This document shows positions 1-13,194 of a stretch of 64,000 nt of DNA, piece by piece. The DNA comes from Selaginella moellendorffii (lineage: Eukaryota; Plantae; Lycopodiophyta). A program made the translations under genes and the position numbers. Within the stretch, counting starts at the first letter, position 1. Each line of letters opens with the position of its first letter. The stretch covers positions 594,486 to 658,485 of the forward strand of contig NW_003314360.1 of the NCBI RefSeq assembly GCF_000143415.4. The letters are read 5' to 3'. The notes below the pieces were generated by a model that was not told the DNA's origin, ran no database searches, and saw nothing but the letters and a program-made list of their open reading frames with translations.

Positions 1-513
1 TTCACCCAACTGCCTGTATTAGTATTCGGACTCGGACTCGGGCTCGAACTCGGACTCGGACTCGGACTCGGTCTCGGTCCCGGTTTCGGACTTGGACTCG
101 GTCTCGGTCTCGGCCTCGGTCTTGGTCTCGATCTTGGTTCCATCTCGGACTCCATCTTAGACTACATCTCGGACTCTGTCTCGGGTCCATCTCGGATTCC
201 ATCTCGGACTCCATCTTGGGTCCATCTCGGACTCCACTTCGGGTCCATCTCATACTCCATCTCAGACTCCATCTTGGACTCCACTTCGGGTCCATCTCGG
301 ACTCCATCTCAGGTCCCTTTTTGGAGCCTTGCTTATTGGTTGCCTCGTGCTCACTCCTTGAGCACTTTGTTGGGAGTTCCACTCCCGCTCTCGACCTTCC
401 AAGTTAGAGCTTTTAGTCCAAACGTGTTACGCTCGTTTGGCTTTCACTTCGGCCACTACCACGTGGCACCCTTTCCGGCTCCACTTTGGGACCTAGGGAT
501 TTTGTTTCTCACA
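1..513 (-). repeat. 3' LTR (partial) with hexamer tandem array
   Basis: Near-identical to 5572-6073 and ends at the same TTTCTCACA boundary. Confidence 0.88.
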
Positions 514-3500
514 ACTCCACCACCCATAGACGAAGTTCGATGTCCTCATCGAACGGTAAACCCTTTCATAAAGTAACACCCACATGTGTTACCATTTCCA
601 TCGTTGGCACCTAGCCAATATTTGTGTATGGTTTGACACCAAAGGCTCACCATGCCTTGTCCATCCTCTAAGGAGCATAGTCTCTCCAACTTAGAGACTC
701 ATTCGACTATTTATGATGGTTCTCTCCTTCTATTGGTTCAGTTTTCGCTAAACCTATTAGAGACACCTTCTCTAACTCGATTCTCACTACTCATTCTCAA
801 GTAGTCTCAGTGTCCATTGACATAACCTTTGCACTTTGGAACTTTTAATTTTGACTTCTCAGAGTCAATTTCCTAGGTGTCTCCGACACCTTACGTTGCA
901 CATGGTGCAACTCCACTTCCCCATCCTAGGAAGTTCTTTACTTGAGGACACCTTCATCCTCTTTTCGATATCGTGCCACCTTTGGCACTAAGTTCCAGTT
1001 ATTATAATTTGTGCTAGGGCTGCCCGCAGCCCTATTATTTGGCTACCTTACTGCTCCCCCCCTTGGAGCTTCCACTTTCGCCAAATCGGAGCAGTTGAGA
1101 ATCCATCCTTGGGAAAACATTGCCTTTCCCACAATCCGTCAACACCCAACACATTAGTGTTCTCGGCCTGACTTTGCCATTTGGATTCTTTCCCCTGATT
1201 CCCATGGCTCTTTCTTAGCCACTAGTCTTTTGCTCTTATCCTTGATTGTTGCACCCAGCAACATAGGATCGCTACCTCCATTTTCGAGGTATCCTTTCTG
1301 TTCCATAGCAAAGACTCTCCTTTGCCAAGTCCGGAGGGTGTTCACCCCTAGCACGTTTCTTTAGCATTTTCTGCTGTGGGCTCTATCCATGGCCCAACTC
1401 TGTGACCCTCCCATGGGTCTCTTATAGAGACTACTTTCCTCGGACTCACTATGTCATTGTATTGACATATCTCATTTCCCTAAGGTGTCCTTCTCACTTG
1501 GTCACCTTGACCAAGCCACACCATCATCAATAGTTCCAATCAACACTTTGAACTTGGAACTTTATCCCTTAACCTCACAAGGACCTTGTCCTTGTTTTGG
1601 CCATAAGATCACATAGTGATCTAACCTTGGCATCTTAACAGGTTTGCCAATAGATACTAAGTCTTCTAGACCTTCAAGTTGTTGACCATGACCCCGGGGG
1701 CATCCCCCACACTTGGCGGTGCACCCAAGCTAGCCCTTCCGGCCAAGGGTCCATAGCAACTGAGACTGGGTGTCCCCATCTCATTCACCCCGTCCTTGGT
1801 GCCACTCGCACCAAGTGTTCAAGTTAGATATGCCGAGCCACACTAAGCAATCTAACCGTGCATCACGACTCCGGGGCATCCCCCACTTGGCGGTGTGCCC
1901 AAGCCAGTCTCCTTACCGAGAGTCCATGACCACCGAAAAATGAGTGTCCTCATATTTCAAACCATCACCGTGCCCTAGTGAGTTGGGACTTGAACCCAAG
2001 CACTAGAGGGTCGGGACACGAACCCAACCTCCATATATGCATCTACAAACGGCATCACACAAGATGCCTGGCGTAATTTATATTTAAAGCGCGCTATAAA
2101 TCACAACTTAGGAACCTAGTTCCTCCGCACTGCCAAGTCCTCTCAGTTGACAAGTTTGTGATCATGCATGGACTCCTCCATGCTTGGCCCCATGGGCCAC
2201 CCCTTTGCCTTCAACTAGGGTATCTGTTCCCCCGACTTGCCAATCTCACTTAGCAAGTTATCCGGCCACCATAACATAGTTCATGCATAAGCGTGAAAGT
2301 CCTCAATCATTGACTTTCATTCAAAGCCCTCTCTTTGAACACTCGGGAACTACTTCCCCAACCATGATAGCCTCGCCTCATGGCAAGCTTCAAGACCACG
2401 CTTCTGCTGCGCCACTTTGATTTCGCGTGTTCTATGAACCATTTACACTTGGCTTTCTAGGTATCTAGTTACTCGGAACTGTCTTTGGGAACCTTTCGAA
2501 GGAACTCTGTCCCTTTAGCTTGCTAAGGCCTCTCCTTTCGCAAGCTTTCCAATTGCCATATAGTCTAACATGGATAATTCCACATTTTAGACTTTTCATA
2601 GCATCGCGGTTGTTAATAACAACATCCTCGAGCACCCTTTTGATTTTCCACTCCCAATTTGCATAACCACCATTGGTTATGCCCTTCGATTTCTATGGTT
2701 CAGTTCCATCCCAATACTACTTGCCCTTTGGCCTCATGTGTTTCCTTTGGTTATTCTCCTCCAGACTAGGAGGATAGCTTTGCACATTCTACCATGCCTT
2801 AGCAAGTATTCATAGGGATGAACCTACTTAATAGCTTAGGGAGTGGTTCCTCAATTTGGGCATGCTCACCTTATAATCCCACACACCGGGATTACCTTTG
2901 CTACTTATAGGCTTCCATATGCCCATCACTAACCTTGCCAAAATCCCATTTTTGGCTTTGTCCAAATCGGGTAGACGGATTCCTCCTGTCTCCACAACCT
3001 TGGACGTTTGGATAACACCTCCTATCTATCATTTGTTAGGGACTTTATCCCTTGGGCCTTATCTATTGCCCTCGCGACACTAAACACCACCTCTTGGTGT
3101 TCTAGAGTGTTTAGGTGTCCCAATGATGGCTTCTTTGGCAATGAGCATTCCCTTTACAACACTAACCTACTATTTCACAGCATAAGCAATTTATCCTTCA
3201 TAAGGGTATATCTAACTTTTTTATCCCAATAAGAATTGTTAGGTAGTTGCCTTCTACTAGTTTAACGAATTATTTTACACTTTTTGCTTAGTTGCCTCAT
3301 AGTTGTCAAGTCCTACAACTCATTGCTGGTGCTTCCACACTTCCATCATTATCTGGGTCACCACACTCTAACCACATGCTTTCTAGATTAGGCTATGCCA
3401 TTCCCATTTCCATTGGGATTCCTTTGGACGGGGTTCTCATGAACCCGCCAACTTGACCTCAAGGCAGCACGCCTTGGCACCTTCGGTGTTTCTACACCAT

Positions 3501-4528
3501 CGGCTCCACGAGCCTACATTTATGACACTTCTTACTTGTGTCTAGGTCTTTTTGCCAAGACCAATATGGTTGTCTCTTATGCCAATTATTCATTAGCATT
3601 GCACCATAGTGTTTGCACCCAATTTTGGGCCAAAGTTGCTTTCTTCTGGGAACATCTTTCCCACAACTTTAGCATGGCACATTTTGCCATCAATGAGATA
3701 CCTACTATTCTCATATATGGATCTTATGATCCTCCCCATACCTCATGGGGCACCATACACCTCAGTCCAAATGCTTCAACCAATCCCTTAGGACCATTCT
3801 TTGACTCCACTTGAGTCATCCAGCATTTTAGACTTTGCTAATTCAACGACCTGCGAGGTCTTAGTCTTTGAGGTGCCAACTCGCTGAAATACAACTTCTT
3901 GTATTCAAGTCCTGCTCACAAAGACCATCTTTGCAAGTGTTCCACCGACACTTGATTTGTTCTCTTGGGGCAACCTTTTGCCCTTTAGGACCACTTGTCC
4001 ATGTGATGAGAATACCAATTCATCCTCTAAGTACACCCCCAACTCCTTAGGTTGTTCCATCATTTATTAGAGGTAGCCTCGGCTACCATTTCAAGGACTT
4101 GTGTCCTCTTCCGTATTTGACCTCCCACGGTCATCAATTCCAGTCTCAAATTTATAAGCACTTGCCTCAACTATGTGAGGATAATCTTATGACTCCTTTA
4201 TTGTTTTGGAGTTTCTATCTTTCCCGTGATCCCAACTATAGTTGTTTACCACAACTACCTTAGTCAATTTGATGAGCCAAATGCTCATCTGGATCACATC
4301 CTCAACTCAATGAGGAAAACCTTGCACTGTTCCCAAGATCCCAAAGTCGTTCCATTATTGACCCTTTTCTATCCACCACCGTATCTACAAGTTCACACAT
4401 AAACTGTAATGAAGAGCCATGTCTTCCCGACCTGCTACTCCTTAAAGATAGGCCCACTCCTCGGACCTTCCGATGCCAACACCAATGGTGATATACTTGG
4501 CCACCAATAAGAGTCGGACTAAAGAACA

Positions 4529-4540
4529 GCTCTGATACCA
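4529..4540 (-). promoter_or_regulatory. Primer binding site (tRNA-iMet)
   Basis: GCTCTGATACCA is the reverse complement of TGGTATCAGAGC and lies 3 nt from the LTR. Confidence 0.92.
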
Positions 4541-4543
4541 AGT

Positions 4544-6073
4544 TGTAAGCGACTAATTTTTCCATTCTACTTTAGTCACTTAACCACATCTCCGACCACT
4601 TGGAAAAGTCTCTTTCACAACCTCCGAAAGTCCAATTCGGGACTTGGGGCTTGATAGCCCCGAGAATGGCATCCATGCCACTCAACCTTAGCACTTGGTC
4701 CAAGTGCTCCACGTGTCCGATCCCATGACCGACACCCCAAGGTACCACCGACATATCAGCCCGTTATGCTAAGGCCATGCCCATTTACCTTGGTCACACT
4801 GGTGGTCCAACACCACCTACATTCCAATCCCGTCTCTCAAAGACTGGGTCATCCATCCATGAGTGGTCATCCCAGATCCACTCCATAACATCCTTAGGAT
4901 GCCTACAGACATGGGGAATAGCCTTCCCCAATATCTCTGTTCCAGTCCCCACCAAGTCCCTTTCTGTCCGTGGCCGTGTTCGCCAACACTGCCACTGGAT
5001 CAAGGCCCACAGGCCCGACCACTTAGTCCAACTGTCCTCTGGGACTTCCTCACTATGTGACTGTGTCCTTGGTCACCACACCAGAGGGCTACTCCTCTTC
5101 CTTTCCACAGTCTGGGACTTTGGGGCAACATTTCGGAACACCGTGGCCCTACGCGGGCCTCGTGGGTACTCTCCTCGCCTTCTACCCTTGGGTGCTCTAG
5201 CCATGGGCTTAGAGCGAGGTTCTGTTGAGCCACACCTGGTATCCAAGTAGGTAGTGCCACCCACACTTGGACTGGGAGCATCGACCATTCGATCTCCTAG
5301 GGGAACTAGAGCTGGCTCTTGAACGCTTCACCAAGCTACCCCGCTTGTCGGTCTGTATTCACTCTAGTCTTGGACTTCCCAGTGGTCAGCTCATCACCCA
5401 ACACTGGGTATGGCCTTCCTGGGCCCAACTGGCCTTTCCTGGGCCAAATTGGCCTTTCCTGGCCGGACTGGCTCCACTAGGCTCCAACCCCCACACTCTC
5501 CCTACTATACTTTTGGAACCCCCCGCAGCCACCCCCCCCCCCCCCCCCTTGGGGGATGATCGCTTTGGGCTTTCACCCAATTGCCTGTATTAGTATTCGG
5601 ACTCGGACTCGGGCTTGAACTCGGACTCGGACTCGGTCTTAGTCCCAGTTTCGGACTCGGACTCGGTCTCGGTCTCGGGCTCAAACTCGGACTTGGACTC
5701 GGTCTCGGTCCCGGTTTCGGACTCGGACTCGGTCTCGGTCTCGGTTCCATCTCGGACTCCATCTCGGACTCCGTCTCGGGTCCATCTCGGACTCCATCTC
5801 GGACTCCATCTCGGGTCCATCTCGGACTCCATCTCGGACTCCACTTCGGGTCCATCTCGGACTCCATCTCGGGTCCCTTTTTGGAGCCTTGCTTATTGGT
5901 TGCCTCGTGCTTGCTCCTCGAGCACTTTGTTGGGAGTTCCACTCCCGCTCTCGACCTTCCAAGTCAGAGCTTTTAGTCCAAATGTGTTACGCTCGTTTGG
6001 CTTTCACTTCGGCCACTACCACATGGCACCCTTTCCGGCTCCACTTTGGGGCTTAGGGATTTTGTTTCTCACA
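4544..6073 (-). repeat. 5' LTR (~1530 bp) containing a CTCGGA/CTCCAT hexamer-based tandem array (~5596-5875)
   Basis: Starts TGTAAGC and ends TCTCACA on +. Its last ~500 bp match 1-513. Confidence 0.88.
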
Positions 6074-6289
6074 ATCTTATGGCTAAAATAAGGACAATGT
6101 TTTTGTGGGATATGGGGAATATACATACATGTTCATTGATTTTCCCATCAATCTTCCCATATGGCATAAGATGCCCTAGGCTATGGATCCACTAATCAAG
6201 CATGTAGTTAATAGTATCTAAAAGCTGCTTGCAATCCCCAATAAGAACAACAACTTCCCCAACACTGACCATTAGGGATAGAGGGCAAA

Positions 6290-7170
6290 CCTGAAAAACA
6301 ATTATTAAAACTAGAAGTTAGAGATAAAATTCATGCTTACTAACCTGTTTGTGCATAGCTGTGAAGAAAAGCTCTTCCAGGTCATCATTTGTAGCTGTAG
6401 GGAGGGATGCAAAGAATGTCTTAGTCTGCCGAGAAGACTAGTGGCTGCTCTCTACAGTATGAGAAACTTATAGCTAGCAAAACCTTGGAAAAATTCAAAG
6501 ATCCCAAAGCACTAAACTTACAAGAACACTAACACTGAAATGCTGGATCTTGCTTGTGTCAAGGAGTTTCACAACCTGGCTTTTGCAGGCCACTGTCTGC
6601 TATTCTCTTGGCCTCTCCAGACTAGAAAAATCAAAAGAAAGCATCACGAGTGATTAAACAACAAAGAACATATAAGCTTAAGAAAAGTGCTCACCAAGAA
6701 GCATTTGATGATTTTGACTAATTGTTCTTGTCTCTCACGCATTGCAAAGCTGGCTGATGTCAAGGATTTGAGTGCAGTCAACGGTAATCTCATGTTGAAT
6801 TATGGCCTGCAACCACGTGCAACTCCAGAGGGTCAAAAAACATCCACATGATTGAGAGAAACTCACCACTGTCGCAATCAAATATCTCCACACTCATATA
6901 AACTCACAGAACCGATGGGTGGTCGATAGAGTGAACAAAACACTGTCTATGTGCTACCCCTTGCATTTAAAGAGAATAGAAGGTTTGTTCCAAGTCAGCA
7001 CGCAGCAAAGAACCATATGGATTCATACCTCTCACCTTGTGCTCCTTGGAAAACTTCTTATATTTCGTGAGGAGCTCTATGCTGTCATGCTAGAACCTAT
7101 CCAGACATGATCAAAGCAAAGTCAGCGACGAGATGTGGCATTTCATCCTGACACGTCAGCATGTTCTCTG
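6290..7170 (-). pseudogene. Possible spliced gene remnant, product unknown
   Basis: Repeated minus-strand GT donor motifs (CTCACC/CTTAC on +) and acceptor-like motifs at short spacing. No recognisable protein. Confidence 0.25.
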
Positions 7171-8349
7171 GAAAAGAAATAACAGAAGCGAGTCAAAGTT
7201 ATGGTTATGTAGTTGATTTGAGGATTTAGGAGTTGTATACAAAGTTGCAATTGGTTCATTAAAGTTCTGTAGTTGGCTAATGCTTATGCCATGGCTTTGG
7301 ATTTTATTTCAGTCATGATTATTAGCAAATTTGTTAGCAATTTTATGGGAGTTTTAGATTCTTGTGATAGTTTATAATCACTTAGTAGAAGCTTTAGATG
7401 TTCCACCTAATTTATTATTATTACCTTTTCATCTTTCGGAAGGGAGGATAGTGTAAGGTTTGTAAATATATATATGTATATACATATATTACCTTAGCTA
7501 GGTAATACACTAATTATACTACTATAGCATATGGATCATCTATTTAGGACTGAATTTAATCCATCCATTCTTGTATATAAACAGGGGCCTAAACCCCAAT
7601 TAATATATTTATTCCTATATCATATTGTGAATTTTCAAGAATTTATAAATATTTTATTTGAATTTCATTGATCACGAAATTCAAATTTTCTCTAGTGTTA
7701 CAATGATCACTAAGGAGTGTGTCCCAGCTTCTCAGAGAGGACAAGTGGCACCACCAGCGTGGCAATCAGGATTGGGAGATGAGTATGAAACAAGCAATGT
7801 GGATTCTCATCTCTTTTTTCTTCCTTTTCTCTTGCTCAAGCATAGATTTGGTACCAAATGTGGCTATGGTGGGGGCAATTTGGTGTTCTTCCAAATAGGA
7901 GGAGCGTGCTACTTGACCATCTTGGCTGTGAGGAACACTTGTTCATCCTTTTTCTTTCCTGGTAAGGATCAAGGACTGTGTTCTTTGGATCTTCTCTTTG
8001 TTCTAGCATCTTCTCCTTTGTTTTCTCTCTCATGTCATAGGCTGTTATGATCCGGTGCAAAAAGACAAAGATCTAGTTGCCCTAGACTATGCTATGCCAC
8101 CTCTTGAGGTTCCTCACCACCCAACCACCCCCAAGCTACCTCAAAAGCTCCACTGCGCCGCCGCTCCACTGTGAGCCCTAGGGTAGGTTAAGTCCTTTAC
8201 CCTAACATGCCTTAATATACCCTTGAGCCTCCCTTTGACCGACGTTGACCACGTAGTCAAAGCTGGTGCCTAACAATTCTTCCCCCCCAACAAAGTCTTT
8301 GTCCCAAGGACGAGTTGTACTGGTGATCACCCTTTCTGGGGAATCCTGC

Positions 8350-11203
8350 TCAAGCTCCTGGTCCATCTTCCACAGCCATATACATCAAGGAGGCATTGGG
8401 CCCGTCACTCCGAGATAGTACACCTTTCAACTGGCTGACATAAAATACCGGATGAATTTTCACCCCAACTGGCAGCCGCACCCGATAAGCCGCTTTACCA
8501 ATGCGCTCCAGCACTTCATATGGACCAACATATCGATGGGAAAGTTTATCACTCTTCCCTGTCCGTAAAGGCACCAAGGTGTTCCGCCGCTCACTTGACG
8601 GAAAGATCACTCGCACAAAGACAAGATCACCCACCTTATATTCCCGGAATTGGCGATGCTCATTGGCAAACTTCTCTACTCTATCCTGAGCTGCTTGCAA
8701 ATTCCATTTGCACACCATCAGAATCTCATCAAGTTCTGTGGCTAGATCAGTTGCCTCGGAATCAAGCTTTTCTTGAACGTTCTTACTCAAATGCAATCCC
8801 AACTCCACCGCTGTTCGAGGATGCCTTCCAAACATGGCAAAGTAAGGACTTAGCTTGGTTCCACTGTGTTGGCTATTGTTGTAAGCAAATTGCACTAACG
8901 GAAGATATAGATCCCACTGTTCTTGCCTTTGACCAATGCTACAACATAGCATATCCTCCACCACCTGATTCACACGCTCAGTTTGCCCATCCATCTGAGG
9001 ATGATCTCCACTCAAGAGTTTCAAAGTCACTTGCATAGCCTTTGCAAAGCTTTTCCAAAATCCACTAGTGAACTTTGAATCTCGATCACTAATGATGTCC
9101 TCCGGCAAACCAAAATCAGGAAAAACCTTCTCCAAGTAAACCGCAGCCAAGTTTGAGGCAGTGACAGTCTTCCGAAGAGCCAACAACCGCACATACTTCG
9201 TCAACCGATCCATTATGACCCATACTTGCTCCTTTTGCCTCTGTGTTCGTGGCAAACAAGTGATGAAGTCCATAGAGATACTACACCAACGGCTCTGAGG
9301 AATAGGTAAAGGTTGCAAAAGTCCCCCCGGCTTCTCCCGTGGCACCTTAACCCGCTGACAAAGCTCGCATGATTTACAATACTTGAGGATATCAACCTTC
9401 ATATTCCTCCAATAAAAGTTGCGCTTAATCAACTCATACGTCTTCTTCCCCCCAAAATGACCGGCCTCTGGATGATCATGATAGTAGAATAAAACTTGAG
9501 TAATTAACGCATCCACCTGTGGCAAATATACACGGCCATTGTAGTAGAGAATCCCATCCACCAATGAAAAAGGGGCTTCCATCTGGGCTCGCAAAGAAGC
9601 CACCTCAGCATCCTGAGCCTGAGCATGCTCAACCAACTGCCCAAACTCGCTGACCACCTTACTCAAATGATGACAAAATTGTGTTCGTAACGTCGTCACA
9701 TGATGAACACAAGATAAAGCATCCGCCACCACATTTGATTTTCCCGGACGATGCTCAATAGGAAACTCCCCAAACTCCATGAGTTTGACCATCTAACGAG
9801 CTTGCCTAGTGTTCAACTCCTTCTGTGTGAAAAGATACACAAGTGGTTTGTGATCTGTCAACACCACGAACACTGCACCATAAAGATAGTGCTGCCATGT
9901 CCGCAAAGCATGAACAATAGAGAGTAACTCTTGCTCATATGTGGAATAGCGTTGCTCCGCAGAATTCAAAGTTCGACTCTCATATGCAATAGGCTGTCCC
10001 TCTTGCATGAGAACTCCTCCCAGTGCATAACCACTCGCATCGCATGTCACCTTGAGGTTTCGATGGATCAGCAATGCGAAGCACTGGAGCCTCGATCAAC
10101 AATCGTTTCAGTGCCACAAAACTCTCCTCTTGTGGCATCTTCCACTCGAATGGCACATTCTTGCGTAACAACCGCGTCAACGGAATAGCCACCTCTGCAA
10201 ACTTATGCTGGAAACGTCGGTAGTAACTAGCCATACCAAGAAAACTGCGCAACTCGGCCACTGTAGTCGGTGTAGGCCAGTTTTCCACCACAGCCACCTT
10301 CCTTGGATCCGTCTTGACACCCTTAGATGTCACAATATGGCCTAGATATTCCACCTCCGACTTTGCAAATTCACATTTGCTCTTCTTTGCATAAAGTTTA
10401 CTGTCTCGAAGTAACAAAAGAACCTTGCGCAAATGCACCCTATGCTCCTCCATATTCTTGCTAAAAACAAGAATATCGTCCAAGAAAATCTCCACAAACT
10501 CATGAAGATAATGCCCAAATACCTCCGTCATCAACCGAGTAAATGTGGCCAGTGCATTCGTCAAACCAAACGGCATAACGGTAAACTCAAAATGTCCGAA
10601 GCTTGTGTTGAATGCCGTCTTGGAGATAGATGCAGCATCCATTGCAATCTGATGATATCCACTCCTCAGATCAATCTTGGTAAACACTCGTGCTTCACCA
10701 AGCTTGTCTAGGATATCATCCACACGTGGCATCGGCATCTTGTCCTTCACTGTCTTCTTGTTTAAAGCACGGTAGTCAATACACATCCGCATTGAACCGT
10801 CCTTCTTCTTCACAAGCAAGACCGGAGCACCAAACGGAGACTTACTTGGCTGAATAAATCCAAACTCAAGTAACTCCTTGACTTGTCGTTGAACTTCTTG
10901 CTCCTCCGCATAACTTAACCGAAATGGACGTCGGTAAATTGGCCGCGTCCCCGGCTCCAATGTAATCCCATGCTCCACACCTCGTAATGGAGGCAATCCA
11001 TGAGGAAGTTCAGATGGAAAAACATCAGAAAACTCATCAAGTACATCCCGTACTGCTGCTTCTCCCCAACACGTGCCTTGGTCCCCCAAGTCACGAACAA
11101 ACAGCAAGTAACTTGAAAGTGCTTTTCCATTACGACAAGCCTGCTTCAAAGATGTAGCAGAGAGCATAACAACTGGTGGTTGAATGCCCTCGCCAAACCA
11201 CAC
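8350..11203 (-). pseudogene. pol: Gypsy Pol (RT, RNase H, integrase), disrupted by frameshifts and a TAG at 9793-9795
   Basis: RT motifs MRMCIDYRALN, KIDLRSGYHQI, MPFGL, FLDD. RNase H motifs CDASGYALG and TDHKPL. Integrase HHCC (HDHPEAGH, CELC), SMDFI, ISDRDSKF, GQTERVNQ and GPY. Confidence 0.95.
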
Positions 11204-12708
11204 ATCTTTAACGCCACCATACTCCAGCGAATACGCTTAATGCTCCACTTTATCTCTGGATCCACCTTCACCAACCATGGCATCCCAAGAATGAAATCCA
11301 CACGATGGATATCCGCGAGATAAAAAGTCTCCACAAGTGTGGTTTTGCCAACCAACACTTCCAGCCCCTCAACACAAGCATCGAAATGCTGAGCAGAGGT
11401 AGCTGCACCTTCCACTGTGTATGGAAGAACTCCACGTGTGTTCAGGCGATGCTCCGCAACAAACTTTGCCGAAACAAAGTTGTCATCGCTCCCACTATCC
11501 AGTAAAATCCGCACTGGATCGCCACGGAACACGTCCTCCAGCATTAAAGCTGATTCATGCGTATCCTCGAGCTCCATCTTGTTCCACACATAGTTGAGTT
11601 GACGAGCAACGATCGAAAGTCTCTTCCTCCGACCGGAATGGTCGTTCTCGTCATCCTCATGCTGTAAAGCTTGCAACTTTTTAGTATCTGACTTACCATG
11701 AGAAGATGATTGGCCATTCTTCTTGTCCTGCTGCTTGTTCTTCAACTGCGGACAATTAGCCTTGTAGTGTCCAAGTTTGCCGCAATGATGACAACCCTGT
11801 CTATAATTCTTCACAAAGAACTTCTGCTTCTTGGACCCCTTTGCATCTGAAGTAGTCACCACCGACTTCAACTTGTGATTCTTGTTCCCATCCTTGTGTC
11901 CACGGCGATCATCACGACGATTCTTGACAGAAGGACTCCGCGAACGCTTGCGAGACTTGTGCTTGTCATTGTCAAGGCGATGAGCCGCATCAAAGAGCTC
12001 CTCCAAACTCTTTGTAGGCTGAGAATGACGCAAGTGTTGCCGCATACTCTCACTATGTAAGCCATCAATGAAGTAGGACTTGTTCTGATCTGGATCCTTC
12101 GTTAGAACACGACTAATCAAGCGAGTAAGCTTCTCAATATAGTCCCTGAGCGTCATTTTCCCTTGCTGGAAATGGCGAAGTTCTGTACGAGCATTCTCCA
12201 CGTCGTAATGAGGGGCAAAACGTAAATGGAAAGCAGCCTCAAACTCATCCAGGGTAGACACTGGTGGTTTCTTATCTGCAACACGGGACTCCTCAAGCCA
12301 ATTCCACCATCGAAGACCCGCATCACGCAAAACCATCGGAATAGCCACTAAAGCCTCTGCATCTGGAGTTCCTCTAGCAGCCAAAAACTTCTTCACATTG
12401 GCTAGCCAAGCGAGACACTCGTCCACACCACCATCACCGAAAAAGGTTTGAATCTTGAGTCGATCTACCAAAGAAGGCTTACTTGGAGCGCTACCCCGTC
12501 CAGCCTCGAGTGCCTCAACATGCCCACGCATGGTATCCATCATGCCATGCATCTCGTCTTGCATCTCTTGCTGATTTTTATTAAGGGCTCGCAGCTCATG
12601 AACCACATCTTGAATGGTCCAAATCTCCGCAGCTTTGTCGGCACCATCGTTGGCACCACCATCGATGATAGGATTCCAGCGTTCAGCTTGGTCGGCCATC
12701 GCAACCAA
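11146..12708 (-). CDS. gag: Gypsy Gag + aspartic protease
   Basis: Zinc knuckle CHHCGKLGHYKANC, protease motif ILLDSGS, and FILGMPWL. Confidence 0.92.
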   Translation of the reverse strand: MVAMADQAERWNPIIDGGANDGADKAAEIWTIQDVVHELRALNKNQQEMQDEMHGMMDTMRGHVEALEAGRGSAPSKPSLVDRLKIQTFFGDGGVDECLAWLANVKKFLAARGTPDAEALVAIPMVLRDAGLRWWNWLEESRVADKKPPVSTLDEFEAAFHLRFAPHYDVENARTELRHFQQGKMTLRDYIEKLTRLISRVLTKDPDQNKSYFIDGLHSESMRQHLRHSQPTKSLEELFDAAHRLDNDKHKSRKRSRSPSVKNRRDDRRGHKDGNKNHKLKSVVTTSDAKGSKKQKFFVKNYRQGCHHCGKLGHYKANCPQLKNKQQDKKNGQSSSHGKSDTKKLQALQHEDDENDHSGRRKRLSIVARQLNYVWNKMELEDTHESALMLEDVFRGDPVRILLDSGSDDNFVSAKFVAEHRLNTRGVLPYTVEGAATSAQHFDACVEGLEVLVGKTTLVETFYLADIHRVDFILGMPWLVKVDPEIKWSIKRIRWSMVALKMCGLARAFNHQLLCSLLHL

Positions 12709-13194
12709 TCCTCCGATACCAATGTTATGATCCGGCGCAAAAAGACAAAGATCTAGTTGCCCTAGACTATGCTACGCCACCTCTTGAGGTTCCTCACCAC
12801 CCAACCACCCCCGAGCTACCTCAAAAGCTCCACTGCGCCGCCGCTCCACTATGAGCCCTAGGGTAGGTTAAGTCCCTTACCCTAACATGCCTTAATATAC
12901 CCTTGAGCCTCCCTTTGACCGACGTTGACCACGTAGTCAAAGCTGGCGCCTAACATAGGCCCTAATGTGGCAGCATTGTTGTGAGACACGCTGGTCATCC
13001 TTCCCATCCCTACATGGCTGCTTGTCGGCATAGTGTTGTGTTGGCTCGGACGTGCTCTCTTAGAGGTCGCTCTACGAGATGCAAGACGAGGCATGGCATG
13101 CTCACTGGCATTTGAGAGCTGCTTTGCTGCCTTGGGTGATTGAGATACCTGTGAGTCACGAAAGAAAAATCGCTTTTTTTTTGTGTGCTCATCT

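Larger units (their letters stand above)
1..6073 (-). mobile_element. LTR retrotransposon, non-autonomous or degenerate (LARD-like); 3' LTR runs off the window
   Basis: Direct repeats <1-513 and 4544-6073 (TG...CA). tRNA-iMet PBS TGGTATCAGAGC on the minus strand at 4529-4540. Purine-rich PPT-like GGGTGGTGGAGT at 514-525. The 4-kb interior has no long ORF. Confidence 0.88.
8043..12955 (-). mobile_element. Ty3/Gypsy LTR retrotransposon, full length (4913 bp), inactivated
   Basis: 233-bp LTRs at 8043-8275 and 12723-12955 (6 transitions counted). TAGGC TSD at 8038-8042 and 12956-12960. PBS-like TGGTATCGGAGG at ~12710-12721. PPT at 8276-8288. Domain order gag-PR-RT-RH-IN. Confidence 0.97.

Noticed and set aside
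514-4528. gag/pol inside the first LTR element
   Set aside because: No long ORF and no convincing RT or integrase motif could be read, so it is left as non-coding or decayed.
5505-6091. Low-complexity ORFs (MESE, GLGL, SDSD, PSPS), also at 2-407, 14696-14912 and 49460-49774
   Set aside because: They are translations of the LTR hexamer arrays in several frames, not genes.
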